A stretch of DNA of 64,000 nucleotides, from IMG/VR virus record IMGVR_UViG_3300035698_015907; one strand, 5' to 3'. The stretch is from a virus. The translations under genes and the position numbers were made by a program. Positions 9,002 through 19,785 of the stretch are shown in pieces (position 1 is the stretch's first letter; the number at the start of each line of letters is the position of its first letter). The notes beneath the pieces were generated by a model. The model was given only the letters and a program-made list of their open reading frames with translations, was not told the DNA's origin and made no database searches.

Positions 9002-10773
9002 TATGCCTCACATGCTACACAAGAAAGAAGTTCTCTAGCATATTCTTGTGCTGGGTTTGTTGAACGCTGATAATACAAACTCTTCATTCCAAGCTTCCAA
9101 GATTCCACTAAAAGCATATTAACATCTTTTACTGGAGCATCAGGATGTATCATCAGATTAATAGACTGTGATTGATCAATATATCTCTGTCGCTGAGCAG
9201 CCTGAATTATAATTTCAATCTGTGGTATTTCACCGAACGTTTTAAATACAGCTTTTTCTTCTTCAGAGAGAAAATCAAGATGTTGTACAGATCCGCCGTG
9301 CATTAATATATCTTTCCAAATTTCAGCAGTATCTAAATTTTTGCTCTTAAGCAATTCTTTCAGATATGGATTTTTCTTGGTGAACTTACCTTTTGCAAGG
9401 TCTTTAACATAATAATTAGAATTTTCTGGTTCTGTAGCTGGAGACACTTGGCCCAAAATAAAGCTTGAAGATGTAGTTGGAGCTACGGCCATCGTAGTAG
9501 TGTTTCTCATGTTACAACCAATGAGAACTTCTGGTTCACCAAGCTTTTCAGCTAGCTTTGAAGAAGCTTCATAAGTCTGCTTCTTCATCTGCTTCCAAAT
9601 ATCAATATTTAGTTTCTTTGCTTCAGCAGATTCAAATGCAATCATTTTAGACTGGAGAAGAGAATGCCAGCCTAAAACACCCACACCAATTGCGCGGTGT
9701 CTTTCAGCAAAACGTGCAGCATCTTCCATGAACATATATTTTCTAGGATTTAATTTAATCTTATCAATATATTCTTGTATGACTGCATCTAGCAACCAAG
9801 TCAAAACTTCTATAGCATCAGTATCTTTCCATTCATCCCAATAAAGAAGATTCATAGAAGATAAACAGCAGACAAAAGATTCATCTACAGTGGAAGGGAG
9901 TGCAATTTCTGTGCATAAATTAGATGACCAGATTTTCATTTTTAGTTTTTTATACCAAGTCGGCTTTCCTTTATTCATATTATCGCCAAAAATGATATAT
10001 GGGTAGCCAGTTTCAAATCTCTTTTGGATTACTTTAGTCCATAGCTTTCTTTTAGGAGCGTCACCTTCTATCATAGATTCCATCCATTCATCAGAAACTA
10101 CAATACCAAAAGAAAGTCTCTGAATTGGGTGACCTTCATCTCTCATAGTCAACCATTCTTTTGCATCAGGATGCTCTATATCAAGATAAATCGCTGCATT
10201 GCCCCTTCTAACATTACCCTGAGAAACAACATTCACATTAGTCTGAGTTAATTCGGCAAAATGCGCTGGGCCGTCTGCGACTCCGCCAGTGGATATAATA
10301 GAATTTCTACCACGTAGCGCTCCAAAATAAGCAGACGTACCAGCTCCATGCTTTGACATCATTCCTATTTCAGCATTCTTCCTAAGAATTTCTCCCATGT
10401 CATCAGCAATATAAGAACCATTGCATGATATAGGCAAACCGTTCGGAGAACCAAAATTAGACCAGACTGGTGATGCTAGAGAAAACCATCCTCTGAGCAT
10501 ATAATCTTCAAATTTATCAGCATAACCTTTACCAAGATGCTTTTCAGCAGCAACTGCAATTTCTCTGATTCTTTCTTCTGGAGTTTGGTTGTCTCTTAAA
10601 TAACCACGAGAAAGAAAAGTTCTTGAATCTTTATTAAGCCACCTTTCAGTATTAGGACTTTCCATTTTTATTATACCACTTGAAACTAGTTTATTGACAA
10701 TACGAACTGCTAAAGCTTCATTCGCTCTTTTAAAATTTTCGGAACTAATACCTTTTGAAATATAAGCTCCCAT
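9001..10773 (-). CDS. nrdA: Class I ribonucleotide reductase alpha subunit (short form, no ATP cone; true start may be MESP ~10664)
   Basis: SSNLCTEI, APTTSSS, DQSQSINL, SLYYQRS, C-terminal CVACE. Confidence 0.95.
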   Translation of the reverse strand: MGAYISKGISSENFKRANEALAVRIVNKLVSSGIIKMESPNTERWLNKDSRTFLSRGYLRDNQTPEERIREIAVAAEKHLGKGYADKFEDYMLRGWFSLASPVWSNFGSPNGLPISCNGSYIADDMGEILRKNAEIGMMSKHGAGTSAYFGALRGRNSIISTGGVADGPAHFAELTQTNVNVVSQGNVRRGNAAIYLDIEHPDAKEWLTMRDEGHPIQRLSFGIVVSDEWMESMIEGDAPKRKLWTKVIQKRFETGYPYIIFGDNMNKGKPTWYKKLKMKIWSSNLCTEIALPSTVDESFVCCLSSMNLLYWDEWKDTDAIEVLTWLLDAVIQEYIDKIKLNPRKYMFMEDAARFAERHRAIGVGVLGWHSLLQSKMIAFESAEAKKLNIDIWKQMKKQTYEASSKLAEKLGEPEVLIGCNMRNTTTMAVAPTTSSSFILGQVSPATEPENSNYYVKDLAKGKFTKKNPYLKELLKSKNLDTAEIWKDILMHGGSVQHLDFLSEEEKAVFKTFGEIPQIEIIIQAAQRQRYIDQSQSINLMIHPDAPVKDVNMLLVESWKLGMKSLYYQRSTNPAQEYARELLSCVACEA

Positions 10774-10776
10774 ATA

Positions 10777-11751
10777 TCAGAATAAATCTGCTTCGTCAAA
10801 GACTTTGCTCTTTTTAGAATATTCAATAGGACGACCATGAAAGAAATCAGTCATAGCATTACCAAGAACAGTCTCTTCAAACCACAAAGTTCTTTCAACA
10901 TTTTCGGTTATTGTATAGAATGGAGCTCCATAGCCTATTTGTACCATAGAATCATTAATTCTTTTAGCAACAAAATCTTTTAGAATTTCTGCTGATAGAT
11001 TTTCGTGCTCATAATCACCAACAATCCAATCAATAAGCTTGCACTCAGCTTCAAACGCTGAATATATTTCTCTATTGATGAGAGCTTTTAGCTCATCATC
11101 AAAAAGTTCAGGATATTCTACATGTAAGGTGTTGATCAACTTAATTCCAAGCTGAGCATGTAGTGTTTCTTCATTCTTAGTATACTGAACTTGTTGTGCA
11201 GTATCTTTAAGAATATTTTTATATCTGTTTAAATGTAATATAATATAGAACTGAGAAAACAATGAAACATTTTCAACGAACAAAGTGAATAATATTAGTG
11301 CATAAATCTGCTGCTTTTTATCATCATCAAAAACTTTAGAAAGATACTTTCTTAAATAAGTAACCCTACCAAAAAGTTCTGGTTCTCTAAGATTTTCCTC
11401 AAAAGCTCTACCAAGACCTAATCTATCTATTAGTTTTTCATATGCTTGATTATGAATGACTTCGGAATTAGCCATAACAAAACCAATATCAGACATTGAA
11501 GGATGGGGAAACTTATCACCAAGTTGTGCCCAAAACTTTTTAACTGCTATTTCTACCTGGCCAATAGCAGATAGTGTTTTAACGAGCATTATTTTTTCAT
11601 CTTCTGGCATCTCAGATTTAAACTGAGAAAAATCTGATTTGAAATCAAATTCATTCGGAGTCCAGAACCCAGCCCACATTCTATCGATGAACTCTTGCGT
11701 CCACGGGTACATATTAGGTTTACGTGCGATCTGTTCATCGAATAATCCCAT
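10777..11751 (-). CDS. nrdB: Class I ribonucleotide reductase beta subunit
   Basis: FWTPNEF, EVIHNQAY, ENVSLFSQF, EETLH, DFF..RPIEY. Confidence 0.95.
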   Translation of the reverse strand: MGLFDEQIARKPNMYPWTQEFIDRMWAGFWTPNEFDFKSDFSQFKSEMPEDEKIMLVKTLSAIGQVEIAVKKFWAQLGDKFPHPSMSDIGFVMANSEVIHNQAYEKLIDRLGLGRAFEENLREPELFGRVTYLRKYLSKVFDDDKKQQIYALILFTLFVENVSLFSQFYIILHLNRYKNILKDTAQQVQYTKNEETLHAQLGIKLINTLHVEYPELFDDELKALINREIYSAFEAECKLIDWIVGDYEHENLSAEILKDFVAKRINDSMVQIGYGAPFYTITENVERTLWFEETVLGNAMTDFFHGRPIEYSKKSKVFDEADLF

Positions 11752-11773
11752 TTCTTGGTTCCTTAAATTGATA

Positions 11774-12787
11774 TTATATTTGTTTATATTCAGAAAGCTT
11801 TACTGATGCCATGACACCATAGAATGTGTTTTTATCAATAATGTCTTTTACTTCAGCTGCAGTCATCCCCGCAACTATCATTTCATTCACATCTTTTCCT
11901 GGCACACTATTTGGCCAAATGCACACATGTCTACCGTCACTTATGAACTTCTTCATAAGTTTTAATATCTCTTTATTCCTAGGCTCGTTATCTAGGATTA
12001 TGATTGAATCATTAAAGTCTGGAACACTTCCTGAAGAACCCGCAAAAGCTATTGAGTTCTTTATAAAGAAGGAATCTATAGGTCCTTCGAATATGTATAC
12101 TCTTTCGTTAGGATCTATCTTATCCATACCATAGAGTTTATTAGCATTCTCATCAAATTTTATTGTGATGTATTTGAGTGCTGATTTGCTTTTAAACGAT
12201 CGTCCTGTTACAGCGAATATTTTACCCGTAGAATCTATAAACGGTATGACCAATCTAGGTTCATCCATTTTAAGTTTAGATTCTTCAAATTTATTAGGTA
12301 CTATAGTGTTTATCCACTCCATATATCGAGTGGTAAAATATAATCTCTCATAAACTGTAGTTGGTATCTTTCTTTTATCAAGATAAGATATAACTGGGTG
12401 TTCATCAGGAAAACTAGTTATTTTAGTTAAATTAGACAATACACCAGGAATTTCTTCCACAACATTTGGTGTATCTATATTTTTATCTGGCTTGTAAGTA
12501 CCGCTACGAAGCTCTTTTAATAGCTCAAGTCTATATTCTCCATATAGACCAACATCTAGTTCTTTTAAAAGTTTAGAAAATGTAGTGCCATAACCACAGT
12601 TGTGACACTTGTAAATTAATCTACCATCTAATGAATAGATGTATCCTCTAGCTCGAAATTTATTTTTTTCGGAGTCGCCGCATATTGGACATCTAAAATT
12701 CCAAGCGCTACCTCTTTTAGAAAATCTTTCTAATCTAGGAGATAATAAGCTTAAATATTTCTCTTCAAGCCAGATATAGCTCAACAA
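11774..12787 (-). CDS. gp61: DNA primase (T4 gp61 family)
   Basis: NFRCPICGDS...CHNCG Zn finger; EGPIDS, DNEPRN, KDVNEM Toprim motifs. Confidence 0.96.
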   Translation of the reverse strand: MLSYIWLEEKYLSLLSPRLERFSKRGSAWNFRCPICGDSEKNKFRARGYIYSLDGRLIYKCHNCGYGTTFSKLLKELDVGLYGEYRLELLKELRSGTYKPDKNIDTPNVVEEIPGVLSNLTKITSFPDEHPVISYLDKRKIPTTVYERLYFTTRYMEWINTIVPNKFEESKLKMDEPRLVIPFIDSTGKIFAVTGRSFKSKSALKYITIKFDENANKLYGMDKIDPNERVYIFEGPIDSFFIKNSIAFAGSSGSVPDFNDSIIILDNEPRNKEILKLMKKFISDGRHVCIWPNSVPGKDVNEMIVAGMTAAEVKDIIDKNTFYGVMASVKLSEYKQI

Positions 12788-12820
12788 ATTGAATAAAGTC
12801 CAAAATAATACGGGTGACCT

Positions 12821-12849
12821 ATTATACTAAATAGACCACCCGTTGTCAA
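12821..12849 (-). promoter_or_regulatory. Sigma70-type early promoter for the primase operon
   Basis: TTGACA-N17-TATAAT on the minus strand. Confidence 0.8.
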
Positions 12850-12853
12850 GGAA

Positions 12854-13096
12854 TTAAGACTGTGTGTTGAGTATTACTTTAATCCAGTTAATTACATTAT
12901 CATATAAAGCGATAATAGCTATTATGCCACCCGCAAAAACGAATAATACATTGCGCGCATACTTAGAAATCCAATTCAAACTTTTTTGTTTTACAAGCAT
13001 ATCTCGAAGAATGAGATATTCTGATCTAGGTAAAGTTACAACTACAACTTCGTCTCCCGTAGATACTGATTCTGTAACATCATTTTTCGGGGCCAC
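12854..13096 (-). CDS. Small membrane protein
   Basis: One hydrophobic helix near the C-terminus. Confidence 0.5.
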   Translation of the reverse strand: MAPKNDVTESVSTGDEVVVVTLPRSEYLILRDMLVKQKSLNWISKYARNVLFVFAGGIIAIIALYDNVINWIKVILNTQS

Positions 13097-13407
13097 TGTA
13101 ATTTACCCCTTCTTAGAAAACTTGTCAAAAACACCTTTGATCCAGCTCCATGCTACTGCTGCAATATCCTTAATAAGCTCATAAGCTACAGGAAATTTCC
13201 AGAAAATAAGCCACCCAGTAACTAAGCCTAGGAAATAGAAGATAAACTCAGACATTATTATTTCTCCCTTTCTTCTTATTCCTAGTAAGACGTTGTAAAA
13301 GTTTCATCATGGCAGTTTTTCCTGGTGGCTCGCCTCTCGGTCCAACACCTATACCATCTACTGCGCCGCCCCCGGCATTATTAGTAGGAGAATCTTCGAT
13401 AATATTC

Positions 13408-13806
13408 TTAGATGTCCTGTAAAACTTTTTCAATATGTTTGTCCGGAATAATTTCGTCACAATATATAGTTAAATTATTAATGCCAATTCCATATACTCT
13501 ATCAGGTAAAGTTCCTAATAAATCAAGAAATGGCGATAAGTATTCTTCAAAACCTTCAAGTTTAAGAAATAGCATTTTAGTCGTTTTTTCAGGACTAAAA
13601 ACATTATTAAGAGATATAATATGATTAAGTATCAATCGTTCTCTTAATTCACCGGTTTCTCTATATTTGTTGAGTAACCTTTTGATGTATTTGAATCTTT
13701 TAATATCTTCTTCAAATTCATCGATGTCATAGCACTGTGGATTATCATAATGTTTGGCCGCATACAGAAGCCAATTAGAATCGTCCAATTGATCATAATC
13801 AAACAT
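13408..13806 (-). CDS. Conserved T4-like hypothetical protein
   Basis: YAAKHYDNPQC, DIKRFKYIKRLL, LRERLILNHII motifs. Confidence 0.75.
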   Translation of the reverse strand: MFDYDQLDDSNWLLYAAKHYDNPQCYDIDEFEEDIKRFKYIKRLLNKYRETGELRERLILNHIISLNNVFSPEKTTKMLFLKLEGFEEYLSPFLDLLGTLPDRVYGIGINNLTIYCDEIIPDKHIEKVLQDI

Positions 13807-13812
13807 ATGGAC

Positions 13813-14139
13813 TTACCAGGATATTGCAACTCTTTTAATAGTACTAGCTCCAGTAATAATATAGATATAATCGCCATCTGACCATATAGATCCAACAGGA
13901 TAACCAGATGGGACATCTGTAGAATTAGCTGGTGTAGTAGTATCTGTAGCAATCAAGTAAGGAGCTTGAACACTTCCTCCGAATTCAACGTTTGCTACAA
14001 CATTTGATTCCAGAAAAACTTTAGCGGTGGATTTTTTTCCAGTAGGAGTTCCTGACGGATCGTCTATTATGTAAATTAGGTCCTCTGCAGCGACCGTTGT
14101 GATCGCTGAGAGGTCTGTTACTTTCTTTGATGTGGCCAA
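13813..14139 (-). CDS. Putative virion structural protein
   Basis: KKVTDLSAIT start and KRVAISW end resemble fibre/decoration proteins; downstream of a late promoter. Confidence 0.55.
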   Translation of the reverse strand: MATSKKVTDLSAITTVAAEDLIYIIDDPSGTPTGKKSTAKVFLESNVVANVEFGGSVQAPYLIATDTTTPANSTDVPSGYPVGSIWSDGDYIYIITGASTIKRVAISW

Positions 14140-14155
14140 TGTAGTTTATCCTCTA

Positions 14156-14773
14156 TTAGCTGAATGTTAATGCAGCAGCTTCAGAATAAACTGTGGTTGT
14201 GTTGGTATTGCTTAGCCTTGCTCTCCACAACGAACCATCAGTCAAACCATTGGTGTTAGATATAGACAGCGTAGCTGTATCTACATTAGAATAAACACCT
14301 GCTTCGGCAACGTTAACAAAAGTTCCATTAGCGTCAACATCAACCTGCCACAAGTAATCAATTGATCCACCTGTTGGATTGGTGATAGCAACAACAGTGA
14401 ATGTTGCTGGATCATCTTCTGTAACTTCACTAGCAGAAGGATCTGTACTAACAAGAATTACATAGTTATCAATACCGTCAGCAGCATCACCAGTAAATGA
14501 AGATGATGTTACTAGAGTTTCATAGATAACTCGACCGGCTCTACCACCAGAGCCAGTAGTTTTAAGATTCCACCCAGCATGAGCAACATCAACAAAAATT
14601 GTTTCAACATCTGAGACACCGAACATTCCATGAGTTGCACCAGTGATGTAAGCGCTACTAGTTGTGTTATTAAATAATGCGTTTGAAGTCGTTGAATTAG
14701 CGACTTTATTCAAGAGGGCTGGTGCCCAGCTAACCGAGTTGGCCTCTTGATCGTTTCTACCCCATTGGGCCAT
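14156..14773 (-). CDS. Putative virion structural protein with Ig-like domain
   Basis: MAQWG start, HAGW..TGSGGRAGRV..ETLV; C-terminal YLWQ...TATLSI Ig-like fold. Confidence 0.7.
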   Translation of the reverse strand: MAQWGRNDQEANSVSWAPALLNKVANSTTSNALFNNTTSSAYITGATHGMFGVSDVETIFVDVAHAGWNLKTTGSGGRAGRVIYETLVTSSSFTGDAADGIDNYVILVSTDPSASEVTEDDPATFTVVAITNPTGGSIDYLWQVDVDANGTFVNVAEAGVYSNVDTATLSISNTNGLTDGSLWRARLSNTNTTTVYSEAAALTFS

Positions 14774-14804
14774 TGATTGACTCTCCTGATATTATCTGGT
14801 GTTA

Positions 14805-14812
14805 TATTTATA
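14805..14812 (-). promoter_or_regulatory. T4-type late promoter
   Basis: TATAAATA on the minus strand 32 nt upstream of the virion gene. Confidence 0.7.
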
Positions 14813-14961
14813 CGTCACGTATTAAGGTAGGATCGGCAGAAATAGCTAGAACAGCTGTTTCTGTGATGCTTCTATTGTGACTACCAGAGAGTCTAGACCT
14901 AACAAGATTCCATGTAAAAGATTCAGATGTATTAGTTGGAGCTGCACCCGGATGAGGTTTC

Positions 14962-15594
14962 TTAACCTCTGGGTATAGAATAATTTCTCCGTACTGATTT
15001 TTCTTTTGCTTTTTTGACTTCTTTTGCATTATTAGACCTATTAGAAGACTCTCTCTTAGGTCTATTTATACTGTTAATATCTCGATATAAATTAAAAATA
15101 TCTATTGGAGACACATCTTTATAAGCAGAGCGGAATGATTTGTAATCTCCATCATTAACAAATGATCTTATTTTGGTACCAGACAACCAATTTTCATCAT
15201 TTCGTACACATGGTAATACAGTCGTAGTTGAAAAATTGAAATTTTTTGTATTACAATTCTCAAGCATTCTAAAATATTCTTTAGATCTATCTGATCCACA
15301 TACCAATACAACATTTTTGTAGCTAATGTTAATGTATGTTAACCAATCTACTATATGCATTTTATCTGGAGTAGATAATTCATAATTAGCATAACCTAAT
15401 ATCTTAGGAAGATAAGAAAACTTTGTTTCGGGCTTTAATGGGTTGTGAGAATTTCCACTAGTACAAGAAACACCTATTATATGATCAAAATTACACGACT
15501 CTGCTATATCTATAACAGTATCTCTGATAATTTTATGACCGAGTGTGGGAGGATTAAAACGGCCGAACGAAAATACTACGGTGTCTGATGCCAT
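14962..15594 (-). CDS. Cytidylyltransferase-like nucleotidyltransferase
   Basis: FGRFNPPTLGH, GSDR, SGTKIR motifs. Confidence 0.85.
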   Translation of the reverse strand: MASDTVVFSFGRFNPPTLGHKIIRDTVIDIAESCNFDHIIGVSCTSGNSHNPLKPETKFSYLPKILGYANYELSTPDKMHIVDWLTYINISYKNVVLVCGSDRSKEYFRMLENCNTKNFNFSTTTVLPCVRNDENWLSGTKIRSFVNDGDYKSFRSAYKDVSPIDIFNLYRDINSINRPKRESSNRSNNAKEVKKAKEKSVRRNYSIPRG

Positions 15595-16646
15595 TTTTTA
15601 TGATTCTTTCCTGTGAATCTTTGATTAACGATCTTTAATGCTCTCATCGATCCAGAAACTACATCAAAAAACTTAAGAACAAACCCTTCAATATCTCTTT
15701 CATTTATTACTACGTCAGAACAATTTTTCAGCTGCTTAACCAACTCTATAACATTGTTATAGTGCTGCTCATTTTCTGTTATATCTCTTAGAATGTTATC
15801 ATATTTTTTATTAATATTCTCGATGGCTTTTTCTCTAACCATCTTTGATACTTTTTTCTGTTCTTTCTGAATTAGAAAATTTTTGAATGCATCTATGTCC
15901 ATAGAATTAAAATAGTATGTTCTGAAAGACGAATTCAAGAATTCATTTAGTTCTTTTTTGTAACCAATTTTTTCTATTGATTTCGCAGATTTCACATTCT
16001 TAAGTAGAGATTTTACTGATAAATTACATTCCATTAATCTGAGTGATGTGATATAACTATCACTGATGTATGGCGTGTTTTTAACATAATGGATGGATTT
16101 ACTATTTCTATGTGGGTCGCTTTCGCATGGTACAAATTTGCCATCGACACATTTAGATGTTATAGTGATAGCTAATTTCTTGTTTGGATCGTAGGTAGAA
16201 CCCAAATCATATGTTATAACATTCGGTGTTATGTAACATGATAAACCGCTGTCATCATATTCCATCCATCCAATTTGATATAACACATTTTCACCACCTA
16301 ATATTTCTTCAGCATAATCTAATGCTATACTAAGAATTTTTAGCTGGTTTTTCTTGTCTGAATAAGCTTTTTCAATATCAGATTTATTAGTGAACATAGG
16401 AGATTTAACTCCTTTATATCCTACAGCAGGCAAGCTATTATGGATACCAACTTTTATAGACATAGCATCGTCTATTTTTTCTGAAATTTCACATCTAAAA
16501 GAATTAGACCCCATAGCTTTAAGTGACATTTCATCAAAGCACACTGATGCTAATTCTAATGATTCAATACACTTTTCAGCATTTTCATCAAGTTGCCACA
16601 CGTGATCAATATGTTCTATGACCGGAGGCTTTATATCAATACTCAT
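15576..16646 (-). CDS. Conserved T4-like hypothetical protein that usually precedes the cytidylyltransferase
   Basis: HIDH, EKID, TPNVITY, EGFV, KIVNQRF motifs. Confidence 0.55.
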   Translation of the reverse strand: MSIDIKPPVIEHIDHVWQLDENAEKCIESLELASVCFDEMSLKAMGSNSFRCEISEKIDDAMSIKVGIHNSLPAVGYKGVKSPMFTNKSDIEKAYSDKKNQLKILSIALDYAEEILGGENVLYQIGWMEYDDSGLSCYITPNVITYDLGSTYDPNKKLAITITSKCVDGKFVPCESDPHRNSKSIHYVKNTPYISDSYITSLRLMECNLSVKSLLKNVKSAKSIEKIGYKKELNEFLNSSFRTYYFNSMDIDAFKNFLIQKEQKKVSKMVREKAIENINKKYDNILRDITENEQHYNNVIELVKQLKNCSDVVINERDIEGFVLKFFDVVSGSMRALKIVNQRFTGKNHKKWHQTP

Positions 16647-18229
16647 TATATAATCCTAATCTTGAGAACATTTCTATTTCCATCATAATCAACATGTCGT
16701 AACACCGTTTTAATTTTTAATTCGGCGTTCAAATCTTTAAGTATTTCAAGATTTTCAACTCTATCATCCCACATCTGTACTTCATCATATGATCCATTTA
16801 CAACTAAATCTTTTATAACACGTTTCTTATTTTCTTCGGTAGTTTCATTATTCAATTTTATATTGCCAGATCTATGAATATGTATTTTGTTTGCATCGAT
16901 ATTATATTCATTCAATTTCTTTAAGAATATATCATGATCAGTGAAATCTGTTCTAGCTGTTACTATAATAACATCTTTTCCGTCATTTGATAATTTTAGC
17001 ATTCTATCAATCATTTTTTGTATAGGTAATGCATTACCAAAGAAGTGTTCAGAGTCTTTAAATGTTTCATAAGAAAATGAATGATCATTCATAAGTTCAT
17101 GATCATGATATTCTTTTGTAGATAATTTATGTACAACAGCACCAGATTTATCTATTACATGAACTGATGGTTCAGTACCTTCTTTATACCAGAATAATGT
17201 ATCATCCATATCAAAAATATAGAGCACACGCTTTTTTCTTTTTCGTTCATTAAGCATTTGTACTTTAAAATCACCACGCCAATTAGTAACAGGTCCAGAA
17301 TTTGTTCGTATTGATAAAGTAGCAACTATTTCTTCTACTTGAAATTTCTTATTGAATGCTAGAAAATTGATATTAATAGAATTACTGTTATTGTGAACTC
17401 TAAAATTTTCATATTTCTCAGAAGCTTCTTTAGTCTTCCGTTCAATGTTATACACATCAAACAAAGCACCAGCTGGATGCACTCTTACATGCGTTCTATA
17501 ATGTGGAAAAACAGTATCATGACACGAAGCTTCAATTATGATATTTTTGATAAAATCAGAGCTGCTATTTTCTAATGAGTTTCTAATAGCTTGAGCTATA
17601 TTGCGTCGATATGCTAAACTAGATTGTTCAGCTTTTTTCGCAATATCAGTGCCTTTCAGACTTTTATATCTGTCATGATTTTCTTTTGCTGTGCCATTAA
17701 AACCGAGCTGTTTTATGTATTTGTCATGTTGTTTTCTAAAAGAATTTAGATAATCAATTTTTAATTTTTCTTCTAAAGTCGAACAACCAGAATTTCTTAA
17801 TGTAGCATGTTTTGATGTACCGTACTTAGCTGAAATACCAATAAAGTTACCGGTAGAAATAGTCTGTATCATTAAATCAGCATCAGAATTTATATCTTTG
17901 ATACCAGTAAGTTTTTCATGCTCACCTATAGATCCTAAGCTGTCATCAAGTGATGTCCATGTAACGCTCTGAACATCAGTAGTGTTACATAGATGGCCAT
18001 CAACATGCAGCGCAGATTTAATATGTTCTGATAAAGAATATGAATGCTCAGATATTAAATCACAAGCTTCAATTCCTAGTGTATTAACACATACATTATA
18101 AATTTCAGATGGAGAAGATTCTTCAGATCTAAAATGATTAGGCCACGTATTTCCAGATAAAGCCCATGCTAACATTATTTCATGAGCTTTACCGCGAGCA
18201 TCATGTTTGCTCCCGTTAATTCTTGTCAC
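16646..18229 (-). CDS. Fusion of a PD-(D/E)XK-like nuclease domain and a HAD phosphatase domain
   Basis: DADLM...GISAKYG N-terminal; FDMDDTL, VTAR, WDD..ENL C-terminal. Confidence 0.65.
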   Translation of the reverse strand: MTRINGSKHDARGKAHEIMLAWALSGNTWPNHFRSEESSPSEIYNVCVNTLGIEACDLISEHSYSLSEHIKSALHVDGHLCNTTDVQSVTWTSLDDSLGSIGEHEKLTGIKDINSDADLMIQTISTGNFIGISAKYGTSKHATLRNSGCSTLEEKLKIDYLNSFRKQHDKYIKQLGFNGTAKENHDRYKSLKGTDIAKKAEQSSLAYRRNIAQAIRNSLENSSSDFIKNIIIEASCHDTVFPHYRTHVRVHPAGALFDVYNIERKTKEASEKYENFRVHNNSNSININFLAFNKKFQVEEIVATLSIRTNSGPVTNWRGDFKVQMLNERKRKKRVLYIFDMDDTLFWYKEGTEPSVHVIDKSGAVVHKLSTKEYHDHELMNDHSFSYETFKDSEHFFGNALPIQKMIDRMLKLSNDGKDVIIVTARTDFTDHDIFLKKLNEYNIDANKIHIHRSGNIKLNNETTEENKKRVIKDLVVNGSYDEVQMWDDRVENLEILKDLNAELKIKTVLRHVDYDGNRNVLKIRII

Positions 18230-19539
18230 TCACTCCTTCCTTCTTCTCATCATCAAAAGCAGATCCTGTGCACATATCATTCATAATTGCAAAAACAAAA
18301 TCTTGATTCTTTTCAACCCATTCATCAGGAAAAAACATAGTATCAATTTCTCCATGACAATGCGCATCAAGCTGCGTAGTATGTTCGTCATCTAGTTTTT
18401 TTGATGTAATCTTTTGAACATACTTTTTACATTTCTTGCATATTATTTTCATGTATATTTCTTTTTAAGATCCTTTACGTATGCATCAGTAACGTTTTCT
18501 GCTACAGTTATAGCAGTGTCAGCGTCGCTGCCAGCTTCGATGATTCCACTATATGTTATATTCCAGATTTTGGCTACATGATCTATTAGTATAGAATCAA
18601 GCCAATATCTTGCTAACATTTCATAATCAGCATAACAATCAGCTGCTCTATCGAATAGAGTGTCTATATCTGATCTGATATGAGGAAGATTATGAAAATC
18701 TTTTACTAGCATGCGCTCCTTCTTAGAAGGCTTTTCTTTAAACAAAAAATCTACATTACATGCTGTAAAAAATTCCATCCTTTTTAGGACTTGATTCCAG
18801 TATTCTTCTATTTTGTCTTGATCAGTCATAGTAGGAGGCATAATTCATTCTCACACTAAAAAAATATTGTACAATGAATTATGTTCTTTGTCAATATATT
18901 AAAATTCTTCGTATTTTCTTTTTATATATTCAGCTTCATCCATGTGTTCAACATAACCATCTGAATCTGTGATTATATAATCATCAAACTTTATGATTCT
19001 TTTAGAATTAGTCTTTGTAGAATAATAGTGTATTTCATAAAGTTTTTCATTAATCATTGTATGATTTAAGTTAATATTAGTCGCAACTATAGATGATCTG
19101 CAAGATGAAGTAACAGAATTAAGCCATAGAGAAATTTCTAATGCTGAAGATTGTTTACCATCAAACTTTATAGCATATAATTTCGCTGGATTAATTTTTA
19201 TTATTTCTTTCATTCCTTTTACTGGAGGAACTACAATATAATTTTCATCAAACAAATATTCTGGAAAACTATGTTTATTATTAGTATCACAATCAATAAA
19301 AACTATATCAGTTTCACAAGTATCTAAATTTGTTATCTTAGAAATAAAACACACGTTATTAGGAACATATTCATAATCGCGGCCATCACCAGCATCACCA
19401 TCATTCACATAGTGTGTAGGCTGTAGTTTTTCTTCTTCATATAAAGCAAATCTTTTATTGATATTAGCAGTATAAGAATTCTTTGCCAAATCAACTAGAA
19501 TGTTCTTAAGTTTGCTTGATATTAATTCATCTTCAAATT

Positions 19540-19785
19540 TCATTTTCTTGTACCATCCTCAAATGCACTTTTTGTTGCGTTTTTCATTATTATTAAATCA
19601 TAAAGAGATATATTCCATTTTTTAGAATATTCTTCTATTGCGCCAATCAAATCTGATAATTCTATCAAACTCATAACATGATTGTTTTGTTCTATCGCAT
19701 CAATGAATTCAAGATATTCTTCAGTTATCTTAGAAGCTTCCCCAAATTCACCTTTCGGTATTTCAGTTAGATGATATGCCATCAA
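19540..19785 (-). CDS. Small MazG-like (all-alpha NTP pyrophosphatase) protein
   Basis: KITEEYLEF...IELSDLIGAI EE..E..E..D pattern. Confidence 0.5.
   Translation of the reverse strand: MMAYHLTEIPKGEFGEASKITEEYLEFIDAIEQNNHVMSLIELSDLIGAIEEYSKKWNISLYDLIIMKNATKSAFEDGTRK

Noticed and set aside
9001-11751. Introns or inteins in nrdA/nrdB
   Set aside because: Both frames are continuous and of normal or short length.
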